Shown here: one piece after another, positions 34,768 through 42,419 of the stretch
Layout of the letters: each line of letters starts with the position of its first letter
How positions within the stretch are numbered: position 1 is the first letter of the stretch
Made by a program: the position numbers and the translations under genes
The notes under the pieces: generated by a model
What the model was told of the DNA's origin: nothing
Databases searched by the model: none
Seen by the model: the letters and a program-made list of their open reading frames with translations, nothing else
Virus record (IMG/VR): IMGVR_UViG_3300045391_004734
Location: 1-47,797 of that record
Reading direction: 5' to 3' (one strand)
DNA from: a virus
Length of the DNA stretch: 47,797 bases

Positions 34768-35250
34768 TTACACTGGTTCTTGAGGGTTCTTCGGGCACCA
34801 TGGGGAATGAAATTCTGCGGAAGCGTTCTCTCCATACGTGGCATCCGCGCCACATTCACACTTAGCTGGCGCGTGCCAGCCGCTCCACGGGTCTATTGCA
34901 TCCCAGTATTTATCTGCAAGAGAACGTGATTCAGTCGCTGTGCGAGTGGTAGGTCCGCTCAGAGTATTTGTAGAGGGTTTTCCGAGCGGCGGGCTGCTGC
35001 TGGCTACAAGTGTTGAGTAACTATCCACTATACCTATCTCAAACCATGTTGTGCTTGATCCATCTTTAATGAGATAATTCCAATTCGGAATATCAACCTC
35101 AATAATCTCACCAAACCAGTTCCAGAACTTGTAACCACCTTGAATCCAATCACCAACTTTGTAATGAGATAAGGGAGCAGTCCCGCTCGCCCCAGTTGAG
35201 CTCGTAGAAGACGTGCCGGGGCTCGCTTGCGTGTTAGAAGTGTTTGTCAT
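34768..35250 (-). CDS. hypothetical protein (160 aa from ATG 35250; alternative GTG 35328)
   Basis: Ser/Thr-rich N-terminus, Trp-rich core; with ATG 35250 the palindrome 35264-35279 is upstream, with GTG 35328 it would be coding. Confidence 0.5.
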   Translation of the reverse strand: MTNTSNTQASPGTSSTSSTGASGTAPLSHYKVGDWIQGGYKFWNWFGEIIEVDIPNWNYLIKDGSSTTWFEIGIVDSYSTLVASSSPPLGKPSTNTLSGPTTRTATESRSLADKYWDAIDPWSGWHAPAKCECGADATYGENASAEFHSPWCPKNPQEPV

Positions 35251-35263
35251 GTTACTAGTGTAC

Positions 35264-35279
35264 GGTATATAAATATACT
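35264..35279. promoter_or_regulatory. palindrome variant GGTATATAAATATACT
   Basis: both arms GGTATA/TATAC intact, centre TAAA. Confidence 0.5.
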
Positions 35280-35328
35280 TTGTCAATTCTTCTTGAGTGT
35301 CGTTTAGAGACAAGCGTGTCGTGAGCAC

Positions 35329-36035
35329 GAAGCTTATAGTGAGACTCCCCCTTTGCAGGGGGCCTCAAGTGCCTAATACGACTACGTCGTTCTCTACCAC
35401 TGACGTGGTAATCTCAGGCAATAAATCAACGTGGGGATGTTTTTACCTAGCGAGCGAAGGAGATAACGAAGTTATGTCCTGAGCGAGCGTCACTCTGCGT
35501 AGCAGAAAAGGATCACTAGTGCCGCCGATACAGGCGGCCACTACGCTAATTAACATTTGACGAATGGCTGGAGAACGAGCGGCCTTAGTGCGGACGCGGA
35601 ATTAGCGGGCTGCGAGTTCTACTACTAAAGTAATATTACGCCTGGTTTAAAAGTATCGCAAATCGTGAGGTGACTCGCGCAGTTTTGAGGGCTCAAGTAA
35701 GTTGTAGAAGAGATTATAGTTTTGCGCGGGAGAGTGGTGTATAAAAATTATTTTTAGGGGTCTTGGGCGTTTGGAGTGTAAGTGGTTGAAAAGACCTAAA
35801 ACGAGTGTATAGGTCTCAAAAAAGTACTTTCCGCCGCCCCGGCTTGAGACAGGCTTGGCGTCGGGGGAGCTACGTATACAAATATACCGTATTTCCGTTT
35901 CAAAATGGATCACCAGTATCAGGGCTTTTTGACAAAAGTTTTTTCTTTGGTCAAACTAGTTATATGAGCTCGGAATATGTAAGAAGTACTTATCCGAGCG
36001 ATGGCAAAACGCGGTACGTAACATAGGAGGCCGAT
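35329..36035. other. about 700-bp ORF-poor, GC-enriched, hairpin-dense region between divergent blocks (candidate structured RNA, origin or control region)
   Basis: hairpins at 35347-35362, 35378-35390, 35395-35410, 35459-35479, 35518-35542, 35664-35679 (GTGA loop), 35792-35816, 35928-35955; only short implausible ORFs. Confidence 0.4.
35873..35888. promoter_or_regulatory. palindrome variant CGTATACAAATATACC
   Basis: arms GTATA/TATAC intact, centre CAAA; 147 nt upstream of GTG 36036. Confidence 0.45.
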
Positions 36036-36278
36036 GTGACAAACGCTAAATTTACTCTATATAAGGTCAGCGAAGGCTTGTATGGAGTTTCTTCAACAGA
36101 CTCAAAACTTTCACAAGAATTAAATAGAGCAACAGGCTATCGCCGATATGAAAAGCATACACGCTTTAAGGAAGGTGACGAGCCATTGTTTCATTTCTTT
36201 GAAAAAGATTTGAGTATTATATTACACCTATTAGGGATTAACGTCGAACCTTCTTTAATAACTTACCCGGCGGCATAA
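36036..36278 (+). CDS. hypothetical protein (80 aa)
   Basis: GTG start 5 nt after GGAGG. Confidence 0.55.
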   Translation: MTNAKFTLYKVSEGLYGVSSTDSKLSQELNRATGYRRYEKHTRFKEGDEPLFHFFEKDLSIILHLLGINVEPSLITYPAA

Positions 36279-37340
36279 GTGGAGTTACCAGCTCAAGTCG
36301 TAAACGTTAGCCTTGCACAAGGCGGCGTGGGAGATAACATTGCGCGAATCCCCGCTCTGCGGTATGCGATTAGGAATTTCAGGCATGCGTTGTTTTATAT
36401 CTACGCGCCAGAGGGGTTCATAAGCTTTTTGCAAGCCATCCTGAAGAGTGAATTGGGCGATGATGAGGCAGCTATGTACCAAGTGCTCCCTCTTGATCTG
36501 TGGGACAGGCGTTTACGAGGTATGGAAGTAGATTTTAAGCCCATTCAAATTTCTTCATTGTCTATGGGACTGGTGGAGAATGGGTTCTTACATTTGTGTA
36601 ACCGGCTTCCGGCCTCGCCGGGAGAAGCCGAGTATCCCGTGTTCACTCCATCCCCAAGGGATGTTTTGAACACTGACCCGATCCTAAAGGCTCGGGCCGC
36701 TTACGTAGTTGTAACAACTGGCTTCACTAGTCCGGTGCGTGAGTGGCCTGTTGCGGAGATTAACGACTTTATTCTCCGCACGAAGAAAGAGGGCCTAAAC
36801 GTCGTTCTTTTAGGCTCAAGCAAAATAAATGTCTCTGAAAATTTCCAGGTGGAGGTAAAGTTCAATGAAAGAATTAGAAGTGACTTATGCGAAGATTTAC
36901 GAGATCAAACGACCATCAAAGAGGCGTGTGAAATACTGGGCAACGCTGTTTGTGTTGTGGGCGTCGATAATGGTTTGCTCCACCTTGCTTCTTGTACTTC
37001 TGTCCCTGTTATCTGGGGATTTACAAGCGTCGATCCAAAGCATAGGATTCCTGTTAGGAACGGCAAGCCTGGTTTCAACGCTTACACTGTACAGCCTAGT
37101 GCGACGTTAGATTGTAGAGCCTGCCAATCACGTTATCATTTCTTTGAGCATGACTTTCGTCAATGCTTAGCTCTTCGATTGAAGGGGTCCACCGGCATCT
37201 CTAACGAGATGCTCGCGAGCGACCCTTCAGGTCGCCGGTCAGAGGAGAAATCCATAGAATGTCTTAAGGACATGAAAGGTGAAAAATTCTTTCACGTCTT
37301 AAAAACGCGCATCCTAAACAAACTGAATGTAAAACGTTGA
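36279..37340 (+). CDS. GT9-like glycosyltransferase (heptosyltransferase family-like)
   Basis: N-terminal GGVGDNIARIPALRYA and C-terminal IKEACEILGNAVCVVGVDNGLLHLASCTSVPVIWGF match the GD..P.L and DsG..HLAaa.g.P pattern. Confidence 0.6.
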   Translation: MELPAQVVNVSLAQGGVGDNIARIPALRYAIRNFRHALFYIYAPEGFISFLQAILKSELGDDEAAMYQVLPLDLWDRRLRGMEVDFKPIQISSLSMGLVENGFLHLCNRLPASPGEAEYPVFTPSPRDVLNTDPILKARAAYVVVTTGFTSPVREWPVAEINDFILRTKKEGLNVVLLGSSKINVSENFQVEVKFNERIRSDLCEDLRDQTTIKEACEILGNAVCVVGVDNGLLHLASCTSVPVIWGFTSVDPKHRIPVRNGKPGFNAYTVQPSATLDCRACQSRYHFFEHDFRQCLALRLKGSTGISNEMLASDPSGRRSEEKSIECLKDMKGEKFFHVLKTRILNKLNVKR

Positions 37341-37356
37341 CCTAGATTGAGATTAC

Positions 37357-37375
37357 AGTCACTCGTGCTTTTGCA
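37357..37375 (+). repeat. 19-nt element AGTCACTCGTGCTTTTGCA, 18/19 identical to the - strand copy at 27177-27195
   Basis: read directly; 7 nt upstream of the perfect palindrome. Confidence 0.7.
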
Positions 37376-37381
37376 AAGAGA

Positions 37382-37397
37382 AGTATATTAATATACC
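37382..37397. promoter_or_regulatory. palindrome AGTATATTAATATACC (perfect 14-mer core)
   Basis: read directly; 38 nt upstream of TTG 37436. Confidence 0.6.
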
Positions 37398-37435
37398 ATT
37401 AGAAGATAAACCAGTTGTACGTAAGGAGGCTAGAT

Positions 37436-37750
37436 TTGAACTCAACATTTAGACAAAACAAATTCCCTGACACTGTTTACACAAGATTCACCGTAGGTGA
37501 CAAAGTTATTTTCGAAGGACTAAACGGCGTTGTTGAAGAGATTGATCCCAAGATGCCAAGAGATTTTTGCGTGTTAGTAAGATTCGAGGACTCATCGGGA
37601 CGCTGGTTTGACAAGGATGGATTTTGTCATGTGAAGAGTTCAGCTCCGAGATCCATTTATGAATGGAACTGGGAAGATAATACGAATTTTAATATCTCGT
37701 GTGCAAGGCTTCTTCTTAATAACGCTATTGTAGATGAGGAGGCTTTATGA
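37436..37750 (+). CDS. hypothetical protein (104 aa from TTG 37436; the track start is 37415)
   Basis: AAGGAGG 7 nt upstream of TTG 37436. Confidence 0.55.
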   Translation: MNSTFRQNKFPDTVYTRFTVGDKVIFEGLNGVVEEIDPKMPRDFCVLVRFEDSSGRWFDKDGFCHVKSSAPRSIYEWNWEDNTNFNISCARLLLNNAIVDEEAL

Positions 37751-38220
37751 GTAGTGGTACTGATTTCAAACGCGAAATTAATATAGAAGAACTTAATCGC
37801 CGGAGTGTTATGGACGTGGCTTATCCGGCGGGGACTGCTACTTACCAACAAGCTAGTCCTACAGATACAAATAAAGGAACTCTAACAATGAGAATACAGA
37901 GCGGAGGCACAGGCGTGAAGCATGATCAAGAAAAACCTCAGCTAGGTCTCTTACCTATTGAGGCAATTGAAGCCGTTGGTCGCGTGATGACCTTTGGTGC
38001 GAAGAAATACGACGCGGATAACTGGCGTAAGGGATTTCTCTACAGGCGTGTTCTTGGAGCCGCGTTACGCCATATTTTTGCGTTTATACGCGGCGAGGAC
38101 TGCGATACAGAGTCAGGTGAATCTCACTTAGCACATGCTGCTTGCTGTGTTTTGTTTACGTTGACCTTTGTTCTTGAGGGAAAAAATAGTCTCGATGATC
38201 GATATAAGGGGGGAAAATGA
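37747..38220 (+). CDS. DUF5664-like nucleotide pyrophosphohydrolase-like protein
   Basis: HDQEKPQLGLLPIEAIEAVGRVMTFGAKKYDADNWRKG .. ALRH .. GEDCDTESGESHLAHAACCVLF matches the remembered family consensus. Confidence 0.6.
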   Translation: MSSGTDFKREINIEELNRRSVMDVAYPAGTATYQQASPTDTNKGTLTMRIQSGGTGVKHDQEKPQLGLLPIEAIEAVGRVMTFGAKKYDADNWRKGFLYRRVLGAALRHIFAFIRGEDCDTESGESHLAHAACCVLFTLTFVLEGKNSLDDRYKGGK

Positions 38221-38450
38221 GGAAGTTTTTAATTTGCTTAATGTTCCTTTTAAGTGGCTGTCATTCTTGGGACGAAGAACCTTCAATAGTGTATGAGTTA
38301 GTTTCCTGTAATATAGATGCTTGTGTTACTTTACGTAAGTTTTCATCTTACCGTGACTGTCGTTATTTTAAAGAAGACATTCAGAATCTTCACAAAATAC
38401 TTAAAGATCCAATTAAGAAACTAATTTCCTGCGAGCGAGAGATCAAGTGA
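38217..38450 (+). CDS. lipoprotein (77 aa)
   Basis: MRKFLICLMFLLSGC lipobox; ATGA coupling. Confidence 0.65.
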   Translation: MRKFLICLMFLLSGCHSWDEEPSIVYELVSCNIDACVTLRKFSSYRDCRYFKEDIQNLHKILKDPIKKLISCEREIK

Positions 38451-38530
38451 AAATCTTGCTGGAGGATCTTAAAAAAGCATGCGTATTGACTCCGTCAATT
38501 ACGCTAACCTTTTACAAGGAACTACTATGA
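38447..38530 (+). CDS. micro-ORF (27 aa) whose first 11 residues duplicate the N-terminus of the next gene
   Basis: GTGA overlap upstream, ATGA overlap downstream; (M)KILLEDLKKA in both. Confidence 0.35.
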   Translation: MKILLEDLKKACVLTPSITLTFYKELL

Positions 38531-38730
38531 AGATTTTATTGGAAGACTTGAAAAAGGCAGTCACATACCTCGAGTCCAAATCTCCCGACATCATAATCAC
38601 CATGGAAGAAACAGACAAGGGATTTATTCTTGGATCATTTGATAGATCTCAGCTTCATTTTCAAATAGTAATTTTCGCTGAGCATTTAAAAACAAAACCA
38701 AAGGTCACGTCTACGACGGGCCTTAGTTAA
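38527..38730 (+). CDS. hypothetical protein (67 aa from ATG 38527)
   Basis: ATG 38527 coupled to the micro-ORF stop; the track start 38479 lacks an RBS. Confidence 0.5.
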   Translation: MKILLEDLKKAVTYLESKSPDIIITMEETDKGFILGSFDRSQLHFQIVIFAEHLKTKPKVTSTTGLS

Positions 38731-38742
38731 CCAAAGGAACAT

Positions 38743-39627
38743 ATGAAGAACGTAAAAATAGCTATAGGTATAATATTATACGCTGTCTTGGCATTCAGTC
38801 TTGGCTTTAGGCTAGGGACACTTGTGGCTCACCCAGAAGGCGCTCGCTCAGTACAAGGCTTCGTCCAAGAAGGAACACTTCGAACACCATCACCTTATAA
38901 TGGAAACTTCTCTAGAGAGAGTGTTAAGCCTGTTAGGAAACACACAAAGAATGCCGTGAGAATTGCAATCTTGGATACTGGCTTTGATCAAAAGGAACTA
39001 GAACATTACAACGTCGTCCTGTGTCCTGAGTCTTACGATGCCGTAGATCAAAAAGAGCAGATAGGAAAAGATGAGATAGGTCATGGAACTGCAATGGCTT
39101 TGATTGCTGCTGGTTTTGCTGCTGGATCTGATTACTGCATTATTGGAATTAAAGTCTTAACTCCTATTCCTATGAGTTTTGATCAAGCATTAGCAGCAGT
39201 GGTGTTAGGCTTAAAGAAAGCTGGTGATTACAAGGCTGATGTTGTTTCAATGAGTTTTGGTGGAAAGAATTATGTCATTGAGGAGCAAGAAGCCTTACAG
39301 AAACTAAACGCTCAAGGAGTGGTATTGTTTACCGCCGCCGGAAATGACAGAGTGAATCTTGATGAAGCCTGCGTGTACTACCCTGCTTGCTACAAGCTGC
39401 CCCTACTTATAACTGTAGGTGCACAAAACGAAGAAGGCCAAAAAGCTCAGTACTCAAATTATGGAACTAAAGTAAGTGTCTGGCTTCCAGGTGAAGTGAA
39501 TGGATTACGTGGAACCAGTGTCTCTACGGCCATTGCTGCTGGTCAGTATGCAAAGTTTTTAGCGACTAGACGAGCAGAAAAACGAGCTAAGTTTGGTTAT
39601 AGGCCTAAGAGTGCAAAAGAAAAATAA
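38743..39627 (+). CDS. secreted or membrane-anchored subtilisin-like (S8) serine protease
   Basis: N-terminal hydrophobic signal; catalytic D (IAILDTGFD), H (GHGTAMA), oxyanion N (AAGND), S (GTSVSTA). Confidence 0.75.
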   Translation: MKNVKIAIGIILYAVLAFSLGFRLGTLVAHPEGARSVQGFVQEGTLRTPSPYNGNFSRESVKPVRKHTKNAVRIAILDTGFDQKELEHYNVVLCPESYDAVDQKEQIGKDEIGHGTAMALIAAGFAAGSDYCIIGIKVLTPIPMSFDQALAAVVLGLKKAGDYKADVVSMSFGGKNYVIEEQEALQKLNAQGVVLFTAAGNDRVNLDEACVYYPACYKLPLLITVGAQNEEGQKAQYSNYGTKVSVWLPGEVNGLRGTSVSTAIAAGQYAKFLATRRAEKRAKFGYRPKSAKEK

Positions 39628-39637
39628 GTTCTAGCTG

Positions 39638-39714
39638 CGCGCTCCAAAGAGAACTTTCCGCCGGTATCCCATTAGGGATACTCGTGAGCATCCTTAAGGG
39701 ATGCCAGAAGCGCG
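39638..39714. other. compact multi-hairpin element: 6-bp GC stem enclosing two related hairpins
   Basis: CGCGCT 39638-39643 pairs with AGCGCG 39709-39714; hairpins 39664-39681 (GTATCCC-ATTA-GGGATAC) and 39688-39704 (GCATCC-TTAAG-GGATGC). Confidence 0.45.
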
Positions 39715-39842
39715 AGCGACTGGGGGTTTTATGTATGAATGTCTTTTTTGTCCGATGCATATTTCTGCCTTTATAACAACCATGCTCGCCGGGAGAACAC
39801 TCCTCACATATTCCCGGCTCGCAAAGCCTCGAAAGGAAACCC

Positions 39843-40376
39843 ATGAATGACACAGTATTTATCTCGCGTGCCTCACAAGATGAACTTGAATATTACAAAA
39901 AGCTTCACTCTTCCATCGAGAAATTCTGTAAAGGACGCGTTGACATTCACTTATATGTAGGCTCTTCAAATGTGAAATTTCCCAGAGACTGGATTGATGT
40001 ACCTACCACAGTTATTTCGTGGAGTAGAAAACGATCTGAAGCCATTCTTGATGCGTTCAAGAGAGGTTATCGAACGGTAGTTTTTGTTCGTCACAATATG
40101 GAATTCACAGAAACCCCTTATGACCTTTTGGGATTTTGTAATGATTATCGACCAGGGGTTTTTGATCAAGCATACATAACGTGGACTCATGGGATAATTA
40201 GTCCTTTCTTAATTGGGTACCGAAATGTAGGTCAGTGCTTAAATATATTAGAGCAGGTAAGTGATTACGACATCATAGAAGGTACTGAGGATATATACGG
40301 ACTCACGAGAATTAAAATAGCAGAAAATCACACGGACCTGCCAATTTACTTAAGAGATCAGAGGGAGCAAGAATGA
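39843..40376 (+). CDS. hypothetical protein (177 aa)
   Basis: RBS AAAGGAAA; first gene of a coupled operon ending with the primase-helicase. Confidence 0.55.
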   Translation: MNDTVFISRASQDELEYYKKLHSSIEKFCKGRVDIHLYVGSSNVKFPRDWIDVPTTVISWSRKRSEAILDAFKRGYRTVVFVRHNMEFTETPYDLLGFCNDYRPGVFDQAYITWTHGIISPFLIGYRNVGQCLNILEQVSDYDIIEGTEDIYGLTRIKIAENHTDLPIYLRDQREQE

Positions 40377-40534
40377 AAAAGGGTGATATTTATTATTGTA
40401 CTCAGTTTGATGAGATCTTAATTTTCGATAATAAACTTATAGGAATGTACTTTTTTGAGATTAAAGATCCCTCTGCTTATCGCGTGATGACGAAAAACTT
40501 TTTACACACACTTGTTTATATAGGTCGTTTATGA
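40373..40534 (+). CDS. micro-ORF (53 aa)
   Basis: ATGA overlaps at both ends. Confidence 0.4.
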   Translation: MKKGDIYYCTQFDEILIFDNKLIGMYFFEIKDPSAYRVMTKNFLHTLVYIGRL

Positions 40535-42237
40535 GTTTCATTATCTCAAAGGTCAATGATGCTGACCTCGGTAAGGTAGACGCCGAAGTAGAACTTAGAG
40601 ACCTAAACGAATTAGCTGGTGCAATAACGGTTTCTAATTGGTCCCCGGCTCGCTTCAATGGCAGACGTACTATTGCGACAGCCACTGAATTGTCGCTATT
40701 GGTATTTGATGTGGATGATGGGTGTGTACTTCCCGTAGCGAAGACAGTCTTTAAAGAATATCAGTATATAATAGCCACAACTAAATCTCACCAACGTGAG
40801 AAGAATGGCAAAATTTGTGACCGATTCCGAGTTATCCTCCCACTTTCCTCGCCAATAACTAACGACGAGGATTACAAAGCTACGTTTGAATATTATCGTA
40901 ATAAGTTTTCATTCGTTGATAAAGCTTGCAAAGATATATCAAGATTCTTTTATCCATGTACCGCAGAATTCTCACATATTAATGAAAATGCGGCGCGAAT
41001 CACTCCGCAGCGAGCCCCACCCCCAGCTCTGCGTATTGCCGCCATCCCCAGCTCCGCCCCTACCGGAGCACGAGGTCAGCTCTTCAACTCAACGATGAAC
41101 TTTCTTCTTGAAGGTGCCGAGCCAGGACATCGGCACAACGCACTTGTAAAAGCCGTATTGAACATGCGCGAGCAAGGCTACACGATAGCAGAGGTGTGGG
41201 ATAAGCTCGCTAAGCTCGTTGAGAATACTGGTGACGATTGTTATCTAGATGAGAGTTCTAAGCGCACCGTTGCAGATCTTTACACACGTGAACTCAAAGG
41301 TGAATTTAGAGAGCGCGTAGAAGAGCAAGCAGAGCCTATTTATATCCATGTCTCTGATTTATTTGATGAGATGATTTCTTATTTAACTGATAAAGATAAA
41401 GTTACAGGGGAACCAACAGGCATAGATGGCCTTGATAAAATGCTAGGTGGAGGTCAGAGAGAAGGCGAGCTAACTGTACTGATGGCTCAAGCAAAGACAG
41501 GGAAGAATACTCTTTATCACCATCTTATATATCATAAGCTTATGAAGAATTCTCCAACAGGATATGCTAGTCGTGAATTACATCCTGCAAAAGAAGTGAT
41601 GCCTTTTCTTATCTCAAATGCCTTATCACAGAATGCTTGGAAAGCAGAGATTAATGAGGATTTTATTAAAAAGGCTAAAGAACAAGTAGATAAGTGGCCC
41701 CTCTATTTTGCTCCTGGTTATGGTTATTTTGATTTGGACTCTATGGATAAGTGGTTTGCCGAAATTACTTCATTCGGAGTTAAGAATTTTTGGATGGACC
41801 ATTTTCATTACATGCTTGAAGAAGAGAATACACCCATAATAGCCCATACAATTAAGAAAATTAAAACGTTCACCAAGAGATATAACATACACATAAATCT
41901 TATTGTTCAGCCTAAGAATCTCATGGAGGGGCAACGTTTATCTATGGATAGTCTTAAGGGAGGTTCTGCAATTAATCAAGCGATTGATAATCTCCTCATA
42001 CTTGAGCGTGTACCCGAGCAAAAGAATATTACTAGACTAAAACTTGAGATCGCAAGGCATAATTTAGCACGTCCAGGCGAGATTTTTCTAAAGTATGACC
42101 CAAACACCACAGCTTTTGAAGAAGTAGAATTTCATCCTGAAGAAGCTCAGAAAAAGGTCGAGCTCCAAGAGCTCTCTCATAATGGTCAAGTTATCGTACC
42201 CAAGAAGTGGAATGTAAGAACAGAAGATGCAAATTAA
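40531..42237 (+). CDS. primase-helicase fusion (AEP/VirE-type primase N-terminus, PriCT-like linker, SF4 DnaB-like helicase)
   Basis: LLVFDVDDG .. RFRVILPL; GHRHNALVKAVLNMREQGY; Walker A AQAKTGKNT; Walker B FWMDHFH. Confidence 0.8.
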   Translation: MSFIISKVNDADLGKVDAEVELRDLNELAGAITVSNWSPARFNGRRTIATATELSLLVFDVDDGCVLPVAKTVFKEYQYIIATTKSHQREKNGKICDRFRVILPLSSPITNDEDYKATFEYYRNKFSFVDKACKDISRFFYPCTAEFSHINENAARITPQRAPPPALRIAAIPSSAPTGARGQLFNSTMNFLLEGAEPGHRHNALVKAVLNMREQGYTIAEVWDKLAKLVENTGDDCYLDESSKRTVADLYTRELKGEFRERVEEQAEPIYIHVSDLFDEMISYLTDKDKVTGEPTGIDGLDKMLGGGQREGELTVLMAQAKTGKNTLYHHLIYHKLMKNSPTGYASRELHPAKEVMPFLISNALSQNAWKAEINEDFIKKAKEQVDKWPLYFAPGYGYFDLDSMDKWFAEITSFGVKNFWMDHFHYMLEEENTPIIAHTIKKIKTFTKRYNIHINLIVQPKNLMEGQRLSMDSLKGGSAINQAIDNLLILERVPEQKNITRLKLEIARHNLARPGEIFLKYDPNTTAFEEVEFHPEEAQKKVELQELSHNGQVIVPKKWNVRTEDAN

Positions 42238-42280
42238 AGAATCGTTTTTCTCCCTCGCTCACGCGAGAAAAAATTTGGCC

Positions 42281-42329
42281 TGGATTTGGATTTATAAATG
42301 AAAACTTTTGGCAAATTGGTTTTGGATTT
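42281..42329 (+). repeat. iteron-like TGGATTT copies (42281, 42287, 42323) just downstream of the primase-helicase gene
   Basis: read directly; further copies at 42996 and 43018, all on the same strand. Confidence 0.55.
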
Positions 42330-42419
42330 TGGAAATAGTTTTCGGAAAAAGCCTATAATAGGTGTTTTCGTATTCCATAAGAAAAGCTTATCTCATCTTA
42401 AAATGAGGCACGTTTAAAA

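Noticed and set aside
35335-35383. T7-promoter-like fragments: TATAGTGAG (35335-35343, reverse-complement half) and TAATACGACT (35374-35383)
   Set aside because: The two halves are separated and arranged back to front, so no intact 17-23-nt T7-class promoter exists. No single-subunit RNA polymerase gene is present in the genome.
35297-36026. Track ORFs 35297-35482 (+), 35647-35913 (-) and 35805-36026 (+)
   Set aside because: They are short, have odd composition, lack Shine-Dalgarno sequences, and are interrupted by strong hairpins. The region is treated as non-coding.
39605-39853. 82-aa - strand ORF
   Set aside because: It spans the hairpin-rich intergenic element, runs against the operon direction and has no RBS. 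The sequence is better explained as structured non-coding DNA/RNA.
42245-42276. Hairpin CTCGC-TCAC-GCGAG after the primase-helicase gene as an intrinsic terminator
   Set aside because: The T-run precedes the stem and an A-run follows it on the + strand. The mirror situation holds on the - strand, so it does not fit a hairpin-then-U-tract terminator in either direction.
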